Part shown: piece by piece, positions 25,601 through 39,968 of the stretch | Position numbering within the stretch: the stretch's first letter is position 1 | How the letters are laid out: every line of letters begins with the position of its first letter | Source of the DNA: Takakia lepidozioides | Lineage: Eukaryota > Plantae > Bryophyta | DNA length: 64,000 nt | NCBI GenBank assembly: GCA_030704615.1 | Contig: CM060733.1 | Span: 71,982,001-72,046,000, forward strand | Direction of reading: 5' to 3' | Position numbers and translations under genes: made by a program | The notes under the pieces: model-generated | Databases searched by the model: none | The model's input: only the letters and a program-made list of their open reading frames with translations | What the model was told of the DNA's origin: nothing

Positions 25601-28600
25601 GTCATATCAGTGTCCAAGTTCAATGCATCTCTTTGATTATCATGGTAGAGAGAGGCCCAGGGATAGAGATACAAATGTGATGGACAGAGTGTGTTTTGGA
25701 TATACCCTGAGGTGGTCGACTTTGTGGGTCTGTTGGAAGCAGAGATATGCCATGCAACAGATGTTCAAGACAATGGTGGGACAGAGTATTCCCGGCTCCA
25801 GTCCATTTGGGAATATGCCCATGCCTCCAGGTGCTGGGTTTCCCTTTCCAGTGCCCCCTCCTGGAGTTGTTCCAACTGCCCCAGTCAGCGCCGCAGCTGC
25901 AGCACCCCCGGTTGATGTGGCCCCAACCTCAGTAATGCCCTCTCAGCCTACCCCAAATAGTGAAGCCTTTGCCCCTCCGCCTGAACCCAGGAAACCTGGT
26001 AGGTTCTGTCACTGCATCTGACATTGTTCTTGAAGCAATTTGCCATGAATTGATCAAATTATGAAGATGTGGTGTCAACATTTATATATGAGGCTAGAAA
26101 ACAGGTTTTGTCACTTTCTAGCAGCAGATGCTCTTCCTGGTGCTATTTAAGTAAAAGTCTGAGTAGAACTCTTCTTACAAGAGGGAATAGAGAGATGCCA
26201 GTCTTCTGGTTGGACCACTGGACACTAAGACAAGGAGATTGCTATGTAGTTGGATGAAGGACAGTCTGTAACAGTGGGTCTGTTTGTGTGGGTGCTCTCT
26301 TTCTCTTTGGTACCCTCTTTGCCCTTTCCCTTCTCATTCACCTGCTCCCTACCACTTTTTCAGTGATGCTCCGAAAGGTAGGGCACTGTTGTGTATAACT
26401 AGAAGCAGAGATCGTCACAGGCATTCAGCCAGTTTTGTCTGATCAGATCTTTGGAAGGTGAAGAAAGAGAGGGAGAGAGAAATTTTTGTCACGGAGTATT
26501 TTGACACGTGGGATGCATTGTGTGGCAGCATTCACAGACATTAATGCGTCTGTAGTGATGGAACAACAGCAGAGGGCAGTAGCAGCCAAAAGCGCTGCTG
26601 AACAGACCCCACCTACACCAGATCCGAAGGGCAGTTTATTCACCAACCCTGAAGTGAGTTCAAACGTTACCTGAACCGAGTATATATTGAGAGAGAGAGA
26701 TTCGCTAGGTCGTCTTAAGATGTAGGGCAGCTGCTGTAGGTTAGGACCTATAGGGAAATCCTAATTTGTCATCCCATTTCCCTTTCTGTTGTGGACAAAT
26801 TTCTCAACAGAATAACAGGATCAGGCAATCCTAGACTGGTGTTACTAGGGACGTGGCCACATCCAAGGAGAGAGAATGAATGGACTCATGCCGTTCCCTG
26901 CAAATGTTGGCTTGCCATAGCCTTTGCCGTTGACCCCGTGGGAAACCAACCCTCCCGTAGCCTTTTGTGGGGTTTATCCCCCAGCTCAGCTGCAGATATA
27001 AACTTACTTTCCCACAACTGCCATTAAGGCGCTCAGAGAGGCATTTGTCCGCATGCAAACCTGACAGCCTGGTTGCAGAGTCATCCGCAGTTGGTTGTGT
27101 GTTTTAATCTGATTTGCAATGAGGCTGGTTGGGATGCAAGGTGGTAGACTCACGGGGTTGGAGCAGCAGTGGTGCTGGTGCATCTTCCAATGATGGTAAT
27201 TCTCCGTGCTACTGTTCAAGATGTTGAAGAATTGAAGTTTGACAGACTGCTGTGTCAAACATGTGAATTCCAGTTGTTTCTATATAATGCTCACTTGAAT
27301 GGTGTAATGTGGAGGTGACAGCTGCAGGCAAAGCAGCAGGAGGAACTTTGTTCACAGTGGATGCTTTAGAGAGAATGATGGAGGATCCAACTGTTCAAAA
27401 GATGGTTTACCCGTAAGGTCTCGAGGTTCTCTTTCCTTTTTCTGTTATACAAATCAAGAGAAGAAGGGATTATTTATCTCCACCAGGAGGGCCACATAGC
27501 CTGTGGGCTGAATAATGAGAGGAACCAACAGAGGTTTGAAAAAATCCCAGATGTCGCTCGCAGACGGGGTGCCTGATGCAGCTGACCACTATTAGGGTCA
27601 GAGGTCTGAAAGATACAGGGGAGGCATGGGGGCAGATGGAGCTGAGAGAGAGAGAGAGAGTGTGTGTGTGTGTTACGTAGCATGTCAAAGCTAGACAAGG
27701 AAACATTAAACACAATGTGTTGTGTTTGCCTTTTTTTATCAACATCAGACAGCCTATTGTAGGGACCATGAAACTTGTCTCTACCTAGATCTACCTCCAT
27801 ACTTCCCTTAAGATATCCTTGCTGAAACACCAGTTTTCAGGTGTTCTTAGTTGCAATCAGATGCACGCTAGGTAGGCCCTTCTCTCAATTAGATCTGCCT
27901 CCTCACATTCATATCTTACCAAGCAACAATAGAAGTAGGAAGTGCACTGCAGGTGAGCAGCTTTCTCACATCTGCCAAACAACTCATGTCCAGCTCTGTG
28001 ATTTCAGTCAAGAACTCAAAAATTCATAGAAGAAGAGTGGCCCTCACCTGCACCCGTCCCAATAAACACCACAAGCATATGATGTGGGTTAGTGAGGATG
28101 TGCGAGGTGAATGACAGGCTCTCTTGCTTGCTCTAGCTTTCCAAAATGAACCAATAAGTATCCTGTTTGTTAGCAGAGCATAAACCCCACTTGGGGACCA
28201 AACAAGGGAGTCAACGGAGTAGATCACTTAGGTAGGTGATCCTGTTGAACACAAGCTTAAACAACTTCACAAATGTCACCCCTGCTGAAGGTCATACTAG
28301 CAAAGAGAAGAGAGGTAAGGGAGGTCCTTTCAGCCAGCAGTAGGTACATAACTCAGCAGCACCTGTCAGCCCATGCTCGAGAGGGAGGGGGTGGTGGTAT
28401 CATGACAGTAAGCACACATTCCGAAACGGAGGTGTTACTAGAGCCAAGTACTCAAGCAAGGGTGTCCTTGGTTCCTGTAAGTATTCATAGATTCAAAGGG
28501 CTAGTTAAGTCCATGTAAGTTGCCCATAATGTCCACTCTCTTTGTGTTGCCGTACTAAAGAGCCCAAATGAGTACCTTGCTTGTAGCCATAGTTCAGCAA

Positions 28601-31600
28601 TAAGGTGACTGCTCCTACAGCTCTTGCTTGCTTGTCTTCCAATGAGAAGAGCAGCCAGGGCTTCTAACCTTATAGGGCAGCTGCTGTAGGTTAATTAGGG
28701 ACAACCCAAATGAGTCATTCTAATCGTTTTCCGATTTTCCGTTCTGTTCTAGGTTAAAAATTCTGAACTGAATAACGGAATCAGGCAATTCTTGAGTGAT
28801 GTTACAAAGAACATGGCCACTTTCAAGGGAGGAGAGAGATAGAGAGAGATTGTGCCATAACATGATGCCCACTCCAACAGATGCTGTAGCCTTGAGATCA
28901 TGGGACACTTCCAGATATAATCCGTTCTGATTAGATGCCTGGTAAAGCCATACTTCAAGTGATTGGCACCCCATGTGAGGGTTGAGTTTTCTCGAGGTGA
29001 TCTTCAAACAAACCTTCAATGGAAATAGATGCATAGAATGCTAGACTTACACAGACTTAACCTGATATGGATCCACTTTACACAACCTAGTGTACTTCTA
29101 ACTGTTTTGAAGCAATCATAAGAACATCTGTGTGCAAGCTTTTGTTCGGATTTATGAGTCTGGTGTGTAGAAGTCATTGTGGTTGCTTGTGTTGTGTGAT
29201 GGTCAGGTACTTACCTGAAGAAATGAGAAATCCAGCCACTTTCAAGTGTGAGTGCATTTTTCAACCACAATTGAAACAATGAGAGATGGAAAGTTCACTT
29301 TTCAGTGTACTGCACTGTTGTGATACAGACGCTGAAGCCTTGTGGCCTTTGGCCCTCCATGATAGAACTCCTGGTTGAGTTGCATGGGTGATATCTATTT
29401 TAGAGGTTGACAACCATGAAGTGTTGGTGTATATTTTTGAGGAGAGAGATCCAGAGCAAGCTTGCCATAGCCTTGTGAGCAAGGAGAAAGGAGAAAAGTG
29501 GTGAAAAGTAGAGGGGTATGCTTATTAGACTGTCTTGTGTAGCCTTCAGGCTCTACTGGTGCCCAATTAGGACACAGCACAAGAGAGGGAGACATTTCTG
29601 CTTAGTTCACATGAGAAGTTTTTTAACATCATCCAGCTCTGTGCATATCTAGTTCCCTTGATTTCCATGCATTTGTAAGTCTGGAACCTCCCTCCCTCTG
29701 CCCTTATTTCTAGTATCTCTCTTAGATCTGATCCCAGAGAAGGTCAACCCTCCGTTTCCTCTAGCTTAAATATCTGGCATACACAATTGAAAATCATTGC
29801 ATGGGTCGACTCCAGTGTGTCCAGAAGTGTCCCAGTGGCAGAGTGTGGGTCTCTCTAAAGGAGACCTCACATCCATGTACGTCTGACATGCTGGAGGTAT
29901 GGATGGATTGCATGTAGGGATGATGCAAAATCCACAATACCGACAACAGTTGCAAGACATGCTGTAAGTGGGTCGGCAATTCTCAACTGCTTCACAAAAG
30001 CACTCATAATATTCTTTCTTGTGGCGGTCATCTCTTGCTTGATGTGACTCTCAACCCCCTTTCCTGTGTTTATGTACAGCATCTTCCTGTTTTTGTGGCC
30101 CTTTTATTGCAATAATGAGGCTCTTACATGGGCATCTGGAGTGATTGCTGAAAAGGAATTTTGTGCGGACCATTTTGGCCCACTCATTGTCTTCCTTGGT
30201 GCATATGGTGGTTGAGATGAAGTGAGTGGCATGAATTTCACTCTTGAGGAGTCTCCTGGATGTAAGGTAAAGTCTTAATGGCTGAAGTGCAAGGGACTCT
30301 GCAGAAATAGTATGGGTGGAGATGGAGCATGGGATAGCCGCATGTCAGATATGCTCAAGAACTTCGACCTCAACAGCCATGAGGTCAAACAGCAGTTTGG
30401 TATGTCCCCCAGCCTACTCTTGTGGTAACATCAAGGAATGTGCATTTCTCTTTTGGGATCTAAGTATGGATGAAGCTGTTCAAAACTTAATTTTTATTTA
30501 AGACAGATGCTTCCTTGGCATTTCAAATACTTCTTCCTGTCCCCCTTCTACCCTTTTTTTTCATGCTATTTTGAGGTTCCAGTTACTAGCCAGTTACTAC
30601 CTGCTTGTTTTGCCAAAAATATTTTTTCAGCAGGCTCCCTAAAGTGGGACTCTGGTTGTGGTGCAGAGCAAATTGGATTAACGCCAGAAGAGGTAGTAGC
30701 TAAAATCATGGCCAATCCTGAAGTGGCAGTGGCCTTTCAGAGCCCAAAAGTGCAGGCAGCCATTATGGATGTAGGCATCATCTATCCCTTCCAATATCTG
30801 TCTTTCTTGGTGTTTGTGTACTGCTTTTCTATCCAACAGCTTTGTACCGTTCCCTTTCCCCTGAGGAGGAAGGCATTTAGTTGACCTGGGGGAGAAAATT
30901 TACATACGAGGGAGATAAAGATATATGGGCTGGAGGGAGTGTGCAGCATGGTGACACCTAATGAGAGTGGGGAAAACCGAAATTGATGGATACAGCTGGT
31001 GTTGGGGGAAGAGAAAGAGTGAGGGGTTTGTTTGAACCAGCAACAGGGCTATGCTGCTTTTACTTTTGTTTCTTCTGTACTGACTTTTTGGCCTTGGTGG
31101 GGTTGCAGTGCTCACAAAATCCACTGAATATTTCTAAGTACCAAAATGATAAAGAGGTAAGCCAGCACTGTCCTTTCTCCTCCCTTCGATGATACAAAAG
31201 TGAATGCTGATTTCCAGTAAGGTGTCAGGGGATTGCAAAAACCGATTAGCCTTCAGTTAGTCATGGCATGCCTGGTTGCGTGCCCTCTGCTGCCTCACAC
31301 CTAAAAGAACACACTCCACAGTTTTTTTTCCGGCAACATCTATGGCGGCGTTCACATATATTTGCGGTATAAACACAGTTGCAGGGCAGCTCAGCATTAT
31401 ATACCACGTAAAATAGGAGGCATGTGGTCAACCTTATGAGCAAAACTTGCTGTCCATTCATTCAAGGAACATAGAAAATAAAGTGATTATTCATTGCGAA
31501 TGAAGGCATGCTGCACGAAGATGATAGAATTGCCATACCTGGGTTTGAAGATAACCGGGCGAAGTGTTGATAGTGGCTGTTTGGGAGGAATGTGCAGGTG

Positions 31601-31660
31601 ATGGATGTGTTCAACAAAATTTCAGAGTTGTTTCCTGGCATGACAGGGACGACTTACTAG
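22674..31660 (+). CDS. TIC40: TIC40, chloroplast inner-envelope translocon co-chaperone (14 exons, 443 aa)
   Basis: Exons 22674-22908, 24044-24140, 24637-24694, 24897-24914, 25743-25998, 26529-26653, 27141-27195, 27322-27412, 29207-29247, 29918-29963, 30305-30399, 30667-30770, 31109-31156, 31598-31660. All are GT-AG and phase-consistent. Motifs GSPLLWVGVGVGISALFS, YAMQQMFKTM, LERMMEDPTVQKMVYPYLPEEMRNPATFKWMMQNPQYRQQL, IGLTPEEVVAKIMANPEVA..VQAAIMDCSQNP..YQNDKEVMDVFNKISELFPG. Exons 1, 2 and 7 are less certain. Confidence 0.95.
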
Positions 31661-32013
31661 AGGAAACAAAATTAGAGTGTTCAAATTTGTAGGACAAAAG
31701 AGAGCGGGTTCTTCAGCGAGATTTTCATTGTGGGGTTGGCCTCAGACCTATCTACTACGGATTGCATTACACACTATTTTTGAGAGGTAAGTAAAGAGTA
31801 GGGAGTGTTTGGTCCTGGAAGAAGAAAAGGTCATACATGGAGGTCATACATAGCCCACTTCACACAGACTTTGTTCAGTAAAGGGAAAAGTGGAAATCAG
31901 TGTACGTGTGCATGTGTAAAAACTGGTATAACATTTCCTAGTGTAACTTTCCTCTTCTTTCATTAGTTCTTTCCCTCCATTCTGTTCTGTTTGTAAATCT
32001 CTTTGCTTCCCAC

Positions 32014-32370
32014 CTCATACTACCGGCATCAGCCACTGATAAAGGTAGTCTCTGTCCCTTGGTGTTCCGCTCAAAGTGGGCGCGGGGTCAGGTGGTCAAT
32101 GGCCACAAGGCTACGGCAAACAACGCTTATGAGTACATTCTTTGCTTCCCACCAACATAATTAGTTATTGGGCAATCACACACAGCAGACTTACGTTTGT
32201 GTGAAGGGAGGATATCTGGAAATCTCGGATCAATTGCATGTTTCATTGAAAGTCATACTACCGGCATCAGCCCTTGACAAAGGTAATTTATGTCCCTTTG
32301 TGTTCCGCCCAAACTGGGCGCGGAGTCAATGGCCACAAGGCTATGGCAAATGTCTTATGAATATATTCTC
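32014..32370. repeat. diverged direct repeat pair (~120 bp)
   Basis: TCATACTACCGGCATCAGCC...CAATGGCCACAAGGCTA at ~32015 and ~32253. Confidence 0.7.
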
Positions 32371-33964
32371 TCTAAGGGCTTAGTTTACACTGATGTTGCA
32401 GCATTCAGATTCTCTTACACTCAAGTGGGAGTTGTAGGATGATCTTTGCATCTTAGGTGATTTGTTTTAGGTGATGGTCCTTTGGTGAGTCCGAGCTTTG
32501 CTGGTCAAAAGGGGACAATGTTATGGCTGTGCTATGGCCAAAAAGCATGAAATGGCATCAGATTAAATCCAGAGATCCTCTGCCGGCCCCAATGAGTGGA
32601 TTAGGGAACACTGAAGGCTGTCAAGAGGGCCTGTGCTATTAAAAAGCATGGGGTAGAAATACCCCATGATGGTAGCGAACCCCATGCCCACCATTTTTAT
32701 TGGCTCCTCTTTATTCTAAAGAGGAGCGCACGCATCAGTGTCAAAAATCGCTAAGCCCCTGTTGCGTCCTTCCCAAGATGTCCTTCTGAAAAATAAATGG
32801 ACGAATTTTCAAGTTTATTATGGATGAAAGTTGATTTCAATATTCAGAAGGAGGAGCCACTAGGCTCATCACTAAAGAGGAGACCACACATCAGTATTAA
32901 TAAGTGGCAAATCCCTGTTATAATTATAAAACCTACAGTGATTGACCTCCCTTGGTTCAAAAGCTTATGTCATTTTTTCTCTCTTGGGTTGGTTACCTTC
33001 AACATTTTTGTTGATAGATGTTTTGTTGTTGTTTTGGGGAGTCAACCCCAATATCGGTTTCTTTGCTTATCTAAACACGAATATGGACAAGTGCATTAGT
33101 ATCCATGTTTTTTTCCACTTTCCATACTTCACCCAGTCTGAGCCAATGCAAACTACTGCAAGAAAACCGCCATCTTTAATAAAGAATGTTGATCTCACAT
33201 GGTTATTGAAAGAACCATTACCTCATAGGTTAACTGGTGGAAAGACAAAATCATGGGCTCAAACCTAATTGAAGATATTTCAGTCATTACAATAGGAGCA
33301 GCACGACCTCCTGCTATCATTCCAACTTCTTTAATTGCCACGGACCCTCTTATAGATATTACCTCTGGACCCTTTGGAGGAATTTGGCCAACTGATTTTG
33401 AAGGTTGCAACCGACCAATAGGTGGCAGCTTCACCTGACACAAACCAATTACAAACTAGCAAATCCCCACAGGAGGAAGAGGGGTCAATGGTCAAACGTC
33501 AATGTGTTCCGCAATCATCATAAGATCATTGGTCCATCAATTCTTGGTCCACTTCCGCATATACAATTAGTCTCCTTTCAATGATCTTACCAGCTACAGA
33601 AGTGATCAAACTCTCCCAAGAGTCCACAACTCTTGAAAAATGGTGAGTTCGTCATCTGAAGGTGTCAATTGGCCATCTCTGGCCTTCTGGGGTCAGTTCA
33701 TCCCCATCAGATCGCCGCAATACAGAAGTTGAGTCCGAGGGTGTGTGGTCATTGGCTGCCGACACCTGCACAGTCCTGGAGACAGATGACTTGGACACAA
33801 AAGAAGGAATGACCATACAGTCGTCGTCGTCACTCGATAAGTTATGGACGACTGTATCCTCGCATTGTGCACCCAAGGACGAGGGACGGACAAGAAGCTT
33901 ATGAAACCTCGACAGGGGAGATTGCAAAAATAACAACATGGGCTTTGTTGGAACAATGACAAGG

Positions 33965-34250
33965 ACGAGGGATTGCACTTGGGCCTCTACATGGGAGAAA
34001 CACTTCGATACATAGGAGATTGCACTTGGGCTTAGATTTCAATTCTTCACACATGGGCCTTGACATGGGAGACGTGGATATATAGGGGATTGCACTTGGG
34101 CTTAGATTTCAATTCTTTACACATGGGCCAATGGCACAAGCTACCCTAGGCGTAGATCTCCCAAACATGAAGGTCTCTAGATACATAGGGGATTGCACTT
34201 GGACTTAGATGACGCTGGACACTTGGGCCAACGGCACAGGCTACCCTAGT
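33965..34250. repeat. ~68-bp diverged tandem repeats (GGATTGCACTTGGGC)
   Basis: Four copies of the core are visible. Confidence 0.7.
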
Positions 34251-35599
34251 GCAACTTAACAACCACCACTTCTAGTCGTATATCCAACTGAACGTTGGAC
34301 AAGCTAAGGCCGACTTGTGAGTACATTCCATCACTGGCTATTCACCACTATGTATAAGTCGTATAAAACAACTCGGTTGTTGTGAGGTGCTCCAGTGCCG
34401 GTGTGACACGTGACTATCCATGGCGCTGTATGGATGCCATGCGCGATCCCAAGGCTGTACCACGCGCACGTGGCAGCAACATTAATGAGTTAGTAAAGTC
34501 GGTAACACCGGTCAAAAGTCAATAATAATGCAGGTCAAAGTCAAAATCAAATACCCGTGCGATCTGCCCGGTGGCGCCACGTGCCCTCTCCACGAAATTC
34601 CTAAACTAGTGACATAAGTAACTTGTCCGACACCACTCCACTGCGCTGTCCGAATGCACTAGTCTCGTAGCACTGGTGGCTCCCCCAGTCGTAGAGTCCG
34701 TTGCGACTGGATTTGCAGATTTGACATACTTCCTACTAGTGACCCAGACAGGATTTCGTTACTGAAATCTGCTGGCTCTTAGATCGATACTTCAAGGATA
34801 CACCTCCCAAAAAGCCGCGAGCCCTTGCCAAACTAACTCAAACATACGCTCACAGCACTATCCCTAGGGGCTTTCTCACACTACTCATCTCCACCACTAT
34901 TACTCTAGCCCGCTCACGTGTCTCATGGAGATTACCTTATATGCTAGCTTGCACCACAAATACTGCATCTTTGGTGCCACCAGGGTTGCTATTCCGTGAG
35001 CCTGGAGGCATGAGCTTGTGAGCCCAGGAGCCCAACAGAGGATCACGCCACGTCAGCATGGAGTTCCGAACTTGCAGGGCCTATTTCCGCGGATTGATTA
35101 ACCTTTTTTCAGTCATTGCAGATGACATCTGTTACATCCATTCCATCCATCTGTTTCATCCATTTAGACGTGGTTTACATACCAAGTCCTTGTATGTTAG
35201 GAAATGACTGAATGTCGTTGTGTTTGAGTGAAACACTATCCGGGATGTCCGGGATGAAATAGTGGATGTGGATGCATAGTCCTCTGCGTAGATGAATGTG
35301 GCTACATCGTGTGTGTACATACGTATGCAATCCCGCCACATGTACGCACCCAATAATGCATATGCAATCATAGAGGGAAAGAATCTGATACAGGCAGGGA
35401 GGTGGACAGACAGGGAGGCAGGGTTGATGGCGGACGCTAGAGGGGTGGAGTGGGCAGTGTCTTTAGAGATTGATTGTTTGAGAGGATCGGATGGAGTTAG
35501 CAGGAAGGCAAAGTTGTGGAGCTTTTGTACAGCAGGCCATCCTTCGTAGGAATGAATCTCAGAACAGTTTCCTCGGGGTTTTTTTTTTTTTTTTTCTTT

Positions 35600-36235
35600 G
35601 CAAAACAAGGGACAATGGCCCTCATATTTCGTATGTGCCGGCGCATATCAGACAACAGTGTTTTTTTTTAAACAAATATTTTTAAATATTTTTAATTTTT
35701 AATTTTTTTACAAAACATGGGACAGTGGCCCTCATATTTCGTATGTGCCGGCGCATAACAGAAAACAGTTTTTTTTTAAACAAATATTTTTTAATTTTTT
35801 TAATTTTTAATTTTTTTACAAAACATGGGACAGTGGCCCTCGTATGGGCCGGCGCATAACAGAAAGCAGTTTTTGTTTTTAAAAAACAATAATTTTTATT
35901 TAATTTTTTAATTTTTGTTTTACAAAACAGGGGACAGTGGCCCTCATATTTCGTATGCGCCGGCGCATACCAGATAATAGTGTTTTTTTTTAAGACAATT
36001 TTTTTTAATTTGTTATATATATATTCCAAAACAGGGGACTGGTCCTCATATTTCGTATGCGCTGGTGCATACCAGACAACAGTGTTTTTTTTTAAAATAA
36101 TAATATTTTTTTACAAAACAGGGACAATGGTTTTCATATTTCGTATGCGCCGGCGCATACTAGACAACAGTTTTTTTTTTTTTTTAAGTTATGAAATTTT
36201 TGTCTTTACAAAACAGGGACAGTGACCCTCATATT
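35600..36235. repeat. ~110-120 bp tandem repeat with palindromic core TATGCGCCGGCGCATA and AT-rich spacers, ~6 units
   Basis: AAAACA(G/T)GGGACAGTGGCCCTCATATTTCGTATG(C/T)GCCGGCGCATA is repeated. Confidence 0.85.
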
Positions 36236-36379
36236 GTCATTTTTTGGCTTCCTCGGATATAGGGTCGTTATGCAGTAATCCGTGGAAATACGTCCCCTTT
36301 CTTAATGTTTTGACGACCCATCCTTGCTCATAATCATATATAATATAATATTATGGGCTCATGATTTCCAGCTCACGGT

Positions 36380-37237
36380 TTAGCATCCCTGCGGTGCCAC
36401 AGGACTAGAGCCACCCAACATAGATAGGCTGGCAGAGGCCTCGCCCATCCCCATGGGTCCCATACTCAAGAAGACCTTCACTGGGCACATGCCGCCGCCC
36501 ACTCCTCTCCCTCTGCCCTCACAATCCTCATACTCACACAACGAAGGTCTCCCGACAACCCCCACCCTCTCCTACAATTCCCTCCCGGCATCACACTCCT
36601 GGCCACCATTGAATCAAACCAGCTACACTACAAACATTCCCCACCATTGCCAAAATATCTTCACCACTCGGAACCCACCCTAACGTTATTATTGCATACA
36701 TGTCCAACACACATCCCCCACTTCCATACGCATAACCTTCCCTCCCACCTTGCACCATCTACTCGTACGCACTTGGGATATGAAAGTCACCATCCCCCCT
36801 CCCATGTACCCCCACCCCTCCTACACCATCCCACCTGGCCCCTCACCCGACTTGTTTCCCAGGATTAACCTAAGCCAGGCTTGGATAAGGGCGTTGCTGC
36901 GCCCTCCTCCTGCCCCTCTCATGTCTTCTGATGCCCCACCGCTCTACCATCAGAGTAAGCCACTCAAATTCCCTCCATCTCACTCCCATTATTATATCGA
37001 TGGCTCCCTTATCGGCTCTAACGCCGGTTATGGCGTTTACCATGCTGCTACTAACCAGGACATGGCTCTTAGACTTCCAAGCCCCGCCACCATACTACGT
37101 GCTGAGCTTATGGCTATTTTGGAAACACTCTCCCAACTGTCCTCATTCTCCCCCCCACACTATATTTTTACAGACAACCTTACCTCACTCTTTCTTATCC
37201 GTAACCATCTTTCCCGCCCATCCTACCACCTCCATCA
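36380..37237 (+). mobile_element. LINE fragment, RNase H N-terminal half
   Basis: YYIDGS...AGYGVY...TILRAELMAIL...YIFTDNLTSL. Continues at 49163. Confidence 0.8.
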
Positions 37238-39467
37238 TCCTATCCAAAAATTCGTCTTCACGCGGGAGGACGGAGCGCTGCTCTCCCGCGCTATCCTCTA
37301 CTAAATAGCCTGCTAAACTAGCACTCCTAGGTTTTGCCACTTTTTGCTCTATTTCCCCTGTTATGTCACTCTCTTTCTAGCGGTGCCGCCACTTTGCCCT
37401 ATCTCCACACGCAGCTATGGCCGCCGCCATGCTCCCAGCTCCTGTGTTCTGTGCTGATGTGCAGCATTCTTCTTGCATCCTCTCACGCTCAGTCAACACT
37501 CGCTATAGCCTGCTTATGGCGCATCTTTTAGGCTTTTTTCTGAAGTTTTCTGAGTGGTTTTCACCGGTCGAGCCTCAACACAACGTTTTCACGAGATGGT
37601 CCCGTGCTACCACACTCCTCAAGCGTGCCCTGCATACTCCAGCGAGTGGCCTCTTCATTACGTTCCTATCGACATGTACTGCAACCCCCAAACAAAATGA
37701 GCTGGTATGTGCTGTGCGTGTTCACTCTGGTATATCAAATGCCACAGTCGTGTGCCTGCTCCCGCCCTTTATGAAGGATTGCTACCACCTCGAACTGTCT
37801 ATTCTGCGTGAAGGGTTCTCTAACAACTATTCCATGCATGCTGAGTTTCACCACTGGCCAGCGGCATCCGACTCGGAAGCCATCTTCTCGCGCCAAAGCG
37901 GATGGTTTCCTAGGCTCGTAACTGTCACAAACAGGCCGCTTTGCAAGGGTCTGCTGGACACGGTCACTGTGCGGCCATCATCAAGGACGGACTTGAATCA
38001 GGTGTCTTTGCTTGGACTGCCTCTGTTCCCATGTATTGCCCCTGTTACCCTGGCTCCTCAAAACTGATCAGCATCGACTCAGATGACGCCTCTATAGAAA
38101 CAGAGCAGGTGTACACGCTTTGTAGGCTTCGCAAGAAGCCTTGCAGGGCGCCACTGAAGTCTGGTCACTACTGTATGAGTACTCATCCTCGGCAGTGGCG
38201 AGATCTAATCTGGGCTAGCAGAAATGCAACACCACTGTGTGCACCGTGTGGCCATACACTGCGTTTGGTCAAAAAGATTGAAGTGGGTGCTGCTAAGCGC
38301 CAAGATTTACTGATCATGACTGAGTATAATCCAAAGTTCATAGCGCACCCCACAAACGCTCGCCGCAGCGACATCTTGACATGCTTACATCGAACCTCTC
38401 TGCTTTGTAATCATCATGAGGATCCACGACTGAGTCCAGCACATTAGACAGTGATGGCCGCTGATGTAGAAGCTGAGATCGAGTTACTATGGTGGACTGA
38501 TGTGATACGAACAACGGTTGTCTCATATCCCCATCTACAGCGCTGCGAATGGAAGATCAACGATCCCCCCTCATGCTGCTGGCTGCTAGCGTGGCCGAGG
38601 AACGCCTCGCAGACTGCTCGCTGGTGTTGGTGGGAGGGCGCCCCGACAGATCCCCAATTCGAGCTCTTACAACCGATCAACAACAAACGCTCATTAGGCT
38701 CTACCACTTCCCCCCTCAGGCTGGCACATATTTCAACGACGGAGCATCACTCCCTTTGCAGCAACCGGCGAACCTGGCTCCAAATCGAGCTCTACAGGCC
38801 AGATAAGCTTCAGACCACCACTTCTCTGTGTTCCCTTGCCTATTAGTACTCAATTTCCCCCCCTGGTGCCCTTGCTGCTCCCCTTGTAACTGCTGCCCTG
38901 GTAATGGCTGCATGGCTGATTGCTGCTCGGAGGAATATGACAGGGCCGATTGGGGCTGTTGCTCTCCGCAGATCAAGGCACCTTGTGTTTCAACCAAACA
39001 AGAACCCTTCCAGTTTGCTGTCATCTGGTCTGTATAACGTGCAATCACACTAGGGCTCAGATAAACCATCTTGGACTGCTCCTTTTGCTGTGGGGGCAGG
39101 AGTGATTCGGCTGAAAGATCACTGCTTAAGATGCTGTACTCATCAAGTCCAAGTAGAGCAGGGTAAGGGGACACCTTGGCATGGATTCTGGGCCAAACCA
39201 GGTTAGGTTCGTACCTATCCAACGCCGCACCTGCCTTTCTGATATTGTTGCCGTGTTTGCACTGGGGCTGTATTGGACCACCGACTGGTACATCCTGGTT
39301 GTGGGGAAACATGTGGAAGGAGAGAGGGTTGAATGGGCGAGGGTGGTTGAGAGGCCAGTTGCTGGAAATGATGCCTTCTCCACTGCTGCGCTGCTTGAGA
39401 GAGAGCCATTCTAGTGTGAGGGCAGACTTTGATGTCCCAATCGCTGCTCCTATCACTGTTCTTTGCA

Positions 39468-39968
39468 CNNNNNNNNNNNNNNNNNNNNNNNNNNNNNNNN
39501 NNNNNNNNNNNNNNNNNNNNNNNNNNNNNNNNNNNNNNNNNNNNNNNNNNNNNNNNNNNNNNNNNNNNNNNNNNNNNNNNNNNNNNNNNNNNNNNNNNNN
39601 NNNNNNNNNNNNNNNNNNNNNNNNNNNNNNNNNNNNNNNNNNNNNNNNNNNNNNNNNNNNNNNNNNNNNNNNNNNNNNNNNNNNNNNNNNNNNNNNNNNN
39701 NNNNNNNNNNNNNNNNNNNNNNNNNNNNNNNNNNNNNNNNNNNNNNNNNNNNNNNNNNNNNNNNNNNNNNNNNNNNNNNNNNNNNNNNNNNNNNNNNNNN
39801 NNNNNNNNNNNNNNNNNNNNNNNNNNNNNNNNNNNNNNNNNNNNNNNNNNNNNNNNNNNNNNNNNNNNNNNNNNNNNNNNNNNNNNNNNNNNNNNNNNNN
39901 NNNNNNNNNNNNNNNNNNNNNNNNNNNNNNNNNNNNNNNNNNNNNNNNNNNNNNNNNNNNNNNNNNNN
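39468..39968. other. assembly gap (N run)
   Basis: About 500 N. Confidence 1.

Noticed and set aside
35600-36235. CRISPR-like repeat/spacer look
   Set aside because: Spacers are homologous low-complexity tracts, there are no cas genes, and the context is eukaryotic.
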